Part shown: piece by piece, positions 61,886 through 64,000 of the stretch
Numbering within the stretch: position 1 is the stretch's first letter
Layout: each line of letters starts with the position of its first letter
Assembly (NCBI GenBank): GCA_024137785.1
Contig: JAHRHZ010000268.1
Coordinates: 33,768,590 to 33,832,589 of the forward strand
Length of the DNA stretch: 64,000 nt
Source: Ginglymostoma cirratum
Lineage: Eukaryota
Reading direction: 5' to 3'
The notes under the pieces: generated by a model
What the model was told of the DNA's origin: nothing
Databases searched by the model: none
Seen by the model: only the letters and a program-made list of their open reading frames with translations
Program-made: the position numbers and the translations under genes

Positions 61886-62236
61886 TATTCATAGGTCTTT
61901 GAAAAATTTCATGGTTCAGCATTATAAGTTCATTACAGGGGGTCTCCAATTTACGATGCTCATAGGGCTGAGTGCAAGGGGTATAATTTTAAAGATCTAA
62001 CATATGATAACTTCCTATCCTTATGAACAGCTATCTTGTATTGTTTTACACTGTTTTCCAAGTTGCATGCATATCAACTTGCAAATGGACTCAAACGGAA
62101 CTCATTCAAAGCCTGAAGAATGTCTGTACATATTTAAAATGCTGAAATAATGGTTTAACTTTCAAGAAATGGCATCTCTAGTTCTACATTAAGTAAGGAT
62201 AGTCTTAAGCAAAGTTGACCTTGGCTAATTATTTAC

Positions 62237-62556
62237 CTTCATTAGAAGGCCCCAGTTAAGGATCACAGATGGGTAAATTGCATGGGTCCTTGCTGCTGTT
62301 TGGCTTTTCAGCTTTTGTTTGTCCTGATGGGGGCATCCCACAGGCCTGGGTGTGTCTCACTGTAATCAACTCCTTGTAGATTTCAGAGACGATAATGTCT
62401 ATTTGGGGACGTTTGAACCAAAGAGCTGAGTTTGACACCCAAGGATTGATGAGACTCTTTGTGGTGCATGTTGTAAACTTGCTGGATTGAGAATTTAACA
62501 CACTAAATTGTGTTCTCTTCTGCACCTCAAATACTTTATTGTAAAGGTAATGGAGT
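62237..62556 (-). other. Candidate 320-nt exon (lncRNA or orphan)
   Basis: Pyrimidine-rich acceptor ...ctattccccag|ACT, donor GAAG|gtaaat. One long frame stops 19 nt before the donor. Confidence 0.28.
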
Positions 62557-63039
62557 CTGGGGAATAGTGTAACAATTGCAAATGAACACAACAGAAATCA
62601 AAGAAAAATGAAAGCAGTTCAACTTCAAAGGATGTAGACAGACTATTTTTATTATATAATAAATCTCAGCTGCTGGTATTTATCGAACAAATATGCTTCA
62701 TTACATCAGATTCTAGTGTTACCCTTTCATGCTATAGTAATAATAAATATCTTGAAAAATCACAACATTTAAAGGGAAGATGTGAAAATATGACCACTGA
62801 GATGAAGACGTGATTCAAATTTCAATTAGTCTTAATTAATTCAATGTGTGACAAAAAGTTTACATTAAAAACTGTTTGAAATTCTGGAAGTTGCTGAAGG
62901 TCTTTTCCAAATTTGAAGAAAAGGTCTTGCTGGTCTTCATGTTCAAGTTGTGTACGCTTTGGTTTCATGTACTATCATGATAAAGTTGACCGAACATTTT
63001 AAAATCCCAGTCAGTCAAATAAAAACCATGTCCCTTGTG

Positions 63040-63500
63040 ATTGAATCCCGCCCACAAATTAAACAATCTGTTGCCCTATGACCTTTTTATTGCTGGCAAT
63101 GACATTGCTTTAAAATTTAACATAAAGTCTGGAAATGCTAAATACAATAACAAGGAGATTCAACTGGGAAGGTCAATTTTACAGTCAAAACTACGACTGA
63201 GATTGGCAAAAAACTGTTGTTTGAGATTGAAAAATCATTGCCTAGATTTCAGCATCTTCCTACTGTGTGGAATCATCGTCTGAAAGTCTTTCTGGAATGG
63301 CCTAAAATGCTCTTACCCAAAATAGTGAAAGCTTCATTTAAAAACTGATTAAGTAAAGTTAACCAGACAACAATTTTCTATCATCTAAGACATATTGAAT
63401 TTAACCTTCCATTCAGCCATTTTAAATGCATTTAAGGAAACCCATGTGAACAAATCTTCTGAGGATTATAAATATGTTTTAAATTTCCAATTTTACTGAT
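63040..63500 (+). mobile_element. Very old CR1 RT relic
   Basis: aaagcttcatttaaaaactg...aacaaatcttctgaggattat...ccaattttactgattgc. Confidence 0.35.
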
Positions 63501-64000
63501 TGCAATTTTTAACGATTTTCTCCATAGGATCATTTTAAAGAATGGTTTTGCTGCAACTGTGAATACTGCAAAATGGAACATAATCCAGCTGAATGCCTTC
63601 TAATTCACTGGAGAACTGGCTGTAATAACAATAACTTGTATTTATATAGTGTTTTTCTTAATATAGAAAAACATCTCTGGATATTTAACAGAGCTTTTGT
63701 TAAAGGCTTAGGCTTATGGTGACCACAGGTTTTGAGAAAACTTTCAAAGTAAGGGAGGATGCTCAAGCAATAAAGACAACTAGGAAATAGATTTTGACTC
63801 TGGGATATGTATAATGCTGTCAAGCTACTCCTCCAGACATCCAATAACTGGAGAAGGAGCAAATGTTAGAATTTGGACTTCAAACACACTTTCAGATTGA
63901 GTTCACATTACAAGATATCAACTGTGTGTAGTTCTTTTGTGTGGTTGTGTGCTCCTCTCTCTGACTAAGCTTGAAAGAGAACCATCAGAATAAATGGATG

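Overview
AT-rich, CpG-depleted vertebrate DNA, almost certainly from a cartilaginous fish. It carries HE1-type V-SINEs, Deu-domain SINEs, shark-type CR1 LINEs and a Penelope terminal-repeat family typical of carpet sharks; that taxon call is from memory and unverified. I recognise no conserved host protein-coding gene, rRNA, tRNA gene or CRISPR array, and most ORFs in the track are TE relics or chance. The window is intergenic or intronic and dominated by mobile elements: CR1 and L2 LINE fragments, several SINE families, decayed PIF/Harbinger transposase and Myb/SANT genes, a decayed Ty1/Copia pol, and 12 Penelope-like (PLE) terminal-repeat copies. Most PLE copies carry a minimal type-I hammerhead ribozyme motif. 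Four are about 200-bp fold-back hairpins, three of them with 14-16 bp target-site duplications. Several unique-sequence segments have good splice signals. These include two phase-compatible minus-strand exons encoding about 124 aa, and candidate exons pointing away from a CRE/CCAAT promoter-like site at about 15.8 kb, suggesting orphan or lncRNA transcripts. Boundaries of old repeats are approximate (read by eye).
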